A DNA stretch of 64,000 bases from Alphaproteobacteria bacterium (lineage in GTDB: Bacteria; Pseudomonadota; Alphaproteobacteria; UBA8366), in assembly GCA_965206405.1 (NCBI GenBank), contig CBDBJQ010000006.1, positions 675,061 through 739,060 on the forward strand. Direction: 5' to 3'. The notes under the pieces were generated by a model. The model was not told where the DNA came from, made no database searches, and saw only the letters and a program-made list of their open reading frames with translations. A program made the translations under genes and the position numbers. How positions within the stretch are numbered: position 1 is the first letter of the stretch; every line of letters begins with the position of its first letter. This document shows positions 61,848 to 64,000 of this stretch, piece by piece.

Positions 61848-62419
61848 TGCCAGTTTGCTGGATCATCGCGGGGCCCAATGGCGTGGGAAAAACCACCTTT
61901 GCGCTGGAGTACCTGCCTCAGGTGTCGAGTAATGCCCATTTCATTAATGCCGACCTGATTGCCGCCGGGCTTTCCCCCCTCGCACCTGAACGAAAATTAC
62001 TTGCCGCCAGCCGTATCTTTCTACGTGAGATCAAACAGCGCATTGCGGCCCGCGAAAACTTCGCCTTTGAAACCACCTTGGCAGGGCGCACCTATCTGCG
62101 GTTAGTCGAACGCCTGCAACCTGATGGCTGGCGGGTAGAGCTGATCTACATGGCCTTGCCCAATGTTGAAATGTCGAAGCAGCGCGTGGCCGAGCGGGTC
62201 GCCCACGGCGGGCATAATATTCCTGCAACGGATATAGAACGACGCTTTCCGCGCAGTCTGCGCCACCTACTTGACGATTTCAGTCATCGTGTCGATAGCT
62301 GTACGTGTTTCATGAACGACGGCGAAAATTCGGCGCTGGTATTCGAGCAGCATGGCAATGACAGGGATATTATCCATGACGACGACTACCAGTTTCTGCT
62401 TGAGGGGATCAACCAGTGA
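61847..62419 (+). CDS. zeta-toxin-like P-loop kinase (AAA/zeta toxin family)
   Basis: 190 aa with Walker [13 protein letters not shown] near the N-terminus and ...VAHGGHNIP...RRF.... The ATG overlaps the hsdS-remnant stop (TGATG). GC is lower than in the core genome. Confidence 0.7.
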   Translation: MPVCWIIAGPNGVGKTTFALEYLPQVSSNAHFINADLIAAGLSPLAPERKLLAASRIFLREIKQRIAARENFAFETTLAGRTYLRLVERLQPDGWRVELIYMALPNVEMSKQRVAERVAHGGHNIPATDIERRFPRSLRHLLDDFSHRVDSCTCFMNDGENSALVFEQHGNDRDIIHDDDYQFLLEGINQ

Positions 62420-62586
62420 ACATAGTAAGAAAAAACATGCCTTCGCCGGAAGGACAACAACAACTGAAAATTCTCCGTCAGGCCGTCCGCAAGGCCTTGG
62501 AGAGAAAGCGGCGATTGGGCCAGTACGCCGTGGTCTGGCAGGATGGCAAACCGGTCAGAAAAGGTGAGGATGCACCGGATCGGTAG
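62416..62586 (+). CDS. small ORF (49-56 aa) coupled to the zeta-like gene; possible cognate partner or antitoxin
   Basis: It is not in the track because it is under 60 aa. GTG 62416 overlaps the upstream TGA (GTGA), with an alternative ATG at 62437; the stop is TAG 62584-86. Translation: (VNIVRKN)[49 protein letters not shown]. Confidence 0.4.
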   Translation: MNIVRKNMPSPEGQQQLKILRQAVRKALERKRRLGQYAVVWQDGKPVRKGEDAPDR

Positions 62587-62637
62587 TGGGTCAGTTTGAA
62601 TTTTAAGCTATCCATATACTGTCATATCTGAAATAAT

Positions 62638-63449
62638 AAACCTGTTGCACAATAGCCGATTTTCAGCGATCTTTATGGCTCAATGGAGAGTGAGGACTTG
62701 TCTATGAGGGTTTTGAAGGTTTTGCGGGGGCGCGCTGATTTGTTTTTCCGCCTTTCAGGTATCCGTCTTCAGGATTTCGAGGCATTGGTTGTTGTTCTTC
62801 ATCCGATCTGGCTTGAACGTGAGCACCACCGGCTTTCACGTGAAGACAGACAACGCGCGATCGGTGGCGGGATGAACTACCGTTTGGAATTTGCCGAGCA
62901 ATTGCTACTCTGCTTGATGTATTATCGCACCTATACCAGTCAGGCCTTTATGGGTCTTCTGTTCGATGTCTCGTCCGCTACGGTTTGCCGTCGGATTGCT
63001 GCCATGACAGAATTGATGGCAGGACATTTCCGGATGCCGGAGCGCAAGATCAGGCTGTCGGCGTCAGAGAGGGATGACCTGCTTTACCTGATGATTGATG
63101 GCACGGAGCGTCCGGTTCAACGCCCGAAAAAGCTCTCGCATCGCAAGGCGAAGTATTCCGGCAAGAAAAAGCACCACACGGCCTCACATCAGATCATCAC
63201 CGATGACAAAAAACGGGTTCTGGCGGTTGGTCCGGCGCAATCCGGGCGCGCACATGACAAGCGTATCTACGACGAGGCGCGCGTGGATAAGCCACCGGGT
63301 GTGCTTGTACCTGGTGATCTCGGTTATCTGGGAACATCGCTTGAAATCCCGCTCAAAGCCTCAAAGAACCACCCCCTTACGGACGAACAGAAAACTTACA
63401 ACACTTGGCACGCAAAGCTGCGTATCTCCGTGGAGCACGGTATTGGCCG
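62638..63449 (+). mobile_element. second, inverted and 3'-truncated copy of the same IS
   Basis: It begins with the same end, AAACCTGTTGCACAATAGC (62638). By eye it differs from copy 1 only at scattered positions, up to ...ggtattggccg (63449), where similarity stops. Confidence 0.8.
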
Positions 63450-63486
63450 CAAGGGAATAGACGGGGCGTACTCCTGTACGCTGTAG
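62683..63486 (+). pseudogene. truncated transposase of IS copy 2
   Basis: It matches the copy 1 protein up to VEHGIGR, with about 6 substitutions seen by eye (for example G5D, G85D, P89A, VLVLGD to VLVPGD). It then runs into unrelated sequence (KGIDGAYSCTL*). Confidence 0.75.
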
Positions 63487-63519
63487 GTAACGGCCCGACT
63501 TCGGCCGGGATTAATCTAC

Positions 63520-63557
63520 GATGCAACAGGAGAGAAGATGCAACAGGAGAGAAAATG
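63520..63557 (+). repeat. 17-bp tandem duplication (gatgcaacaggagagaa x2.2) that duplicates the RBS/ATG context of the lipoprotein gene
   Basis: Read directly: units at 63520-63536 and 63537-63553, plus a partial unit. Confidence 0.9.
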
Positions 63558-63878
63558 ACAGTAAATATGAATTTAACCCTTGTAATAGGCGCAATGTTAC
63601 TTGTTGGCTGCGCGCAGAACGTTGATATTACACCGCTTCCAATTTCTGGAAGTCGTGCAGACGGGGCAATTGTTATGGGGTATGAATATGGTCCACGAGA
63701 TATACCCGTTGTTGATTGGGAGGACGGTATAGCTAATGCAACCAACGCTTGTCGAGCTTGGGGCTATCGTTCATCCCAACCGTTTGCGGGTGTCCAAACA
63801 CGATGTCTACAAGGCGGAGGTTTGTATGGGAATTGTTTGCGAATTGCTGTTTCGAAAACATTCCAGTGTATAAAATAA
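63555..63878 (+). CDS. small low-GC putative lipoprotein
   Basis: Start at internal ATG 63555, preceded by AGGAGAG. MTVNMNLTLVIGAMLLVGCAQN carries a lipobox (LVGC). 107 aa; clearly AT-richer than the rest of the window. Confidence 0.6.
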   Translation: MTVNMNLTLVIGAMLLVGCAQNVDITPLPISGSRADGAIVMGYEYGPRDIPVVDWEDGIANATNACRAWGYRSSQPFAGVQTRCLQGGGLYGNCLRIAVSKTFQCIK

Positions 63879-64000
63879 ATAATAAATCCCATCGCGCTTT
63901 AGCTGCTTTTCTTGCAATAGAACTACATTTTTCCGATGTAAGAGAAGCTGCACGAGCCTTGCCGCCCTTTAAGCCTCGACGTCTACCCAAGACAACAGCA

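Noticed and set aside
63733-63990. 85-aa minus-strand ORF as a complete gene
   Set aside because: The frame is open to the window edge, so the TTG 'start' is an artefact. The distal half overlaps the lipoprotein gene's 3' end and looks like AT-rich read-through. It is reported only as a partial observation.

Overview
High-GC (roughly 62-65% by eye) alphaproteobacterial-type chromosomal DNA, densely coding on both strands. No rRNA, tRNA or CRISPR was recognised.

- **1-30 kb, core genes:** pal (3' part)-cpoB-tilS-ftsH-glmM-thiD, a PLP dehydratase and an AraC-HTH/MGMT fusion. On the minus strand: nrdA-nrdB, an orphan molybdopterin-hydroxylase large subunit, cysQ, a ketopantoate-reductase-like gene, aapJQMP, an acyl-CoA dehydrogenase, an SDR and gltBD.
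- **30-43 kb, accessory-looking amine/amide catabolism:** a LigI-like amidohydrolase, an HcnABC/opine-oxidase-like dehydrogenase pair, a dimethylformamidase-like protein, an amidase and a second amidohydrolase.
- **Most unusual object (34.5-38.1 kb):** a tightly coupled plus-strand gene string inside that block. Two ORFs of the supplied track (36528-36812 and 36834-37049) are in the same frame and are separated only by a TGA plus 7 sense codons. Read through, they give a ~173-aa protein with a U-G-S-C-T-S-C motif, a selenocysteine candidate of what I recall as the 'UGSC family (seleno)protein'. It is translationally coupled (ATGA overlap) to a thioredoxin-fold (CPTC) fusion protein with a large domain I do not recognise. 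A trypsin-fold/PDZ protein that appears to lack the whole catalytic triad follows it.
- **43-51 kb:** a complete Pho block, phoR-pstSCAB-phoU-phoB.
- **51-60 kb:** gapR, DUF1244, an FGase-family gene, a GMC oxidoreductase, TolC and a YdiJ-like FAD/Fe-S dehydrogenase.
- **60.4-64 kb, lower-GC mobile DNA:** two inverted copies (one truncated) of a DDE_Tnp_4 IS bracket an hsdS remnant, a zeta-toxin-like P-loop kinase and a small downstream ORF.
- **Recurrent oddity:** more than 10 short perfect tandem duplications (9-25 bp units), mostly sitting exactly on gene starts or stops. One creates a chain of four 5-codon uORFs in front of phoR.
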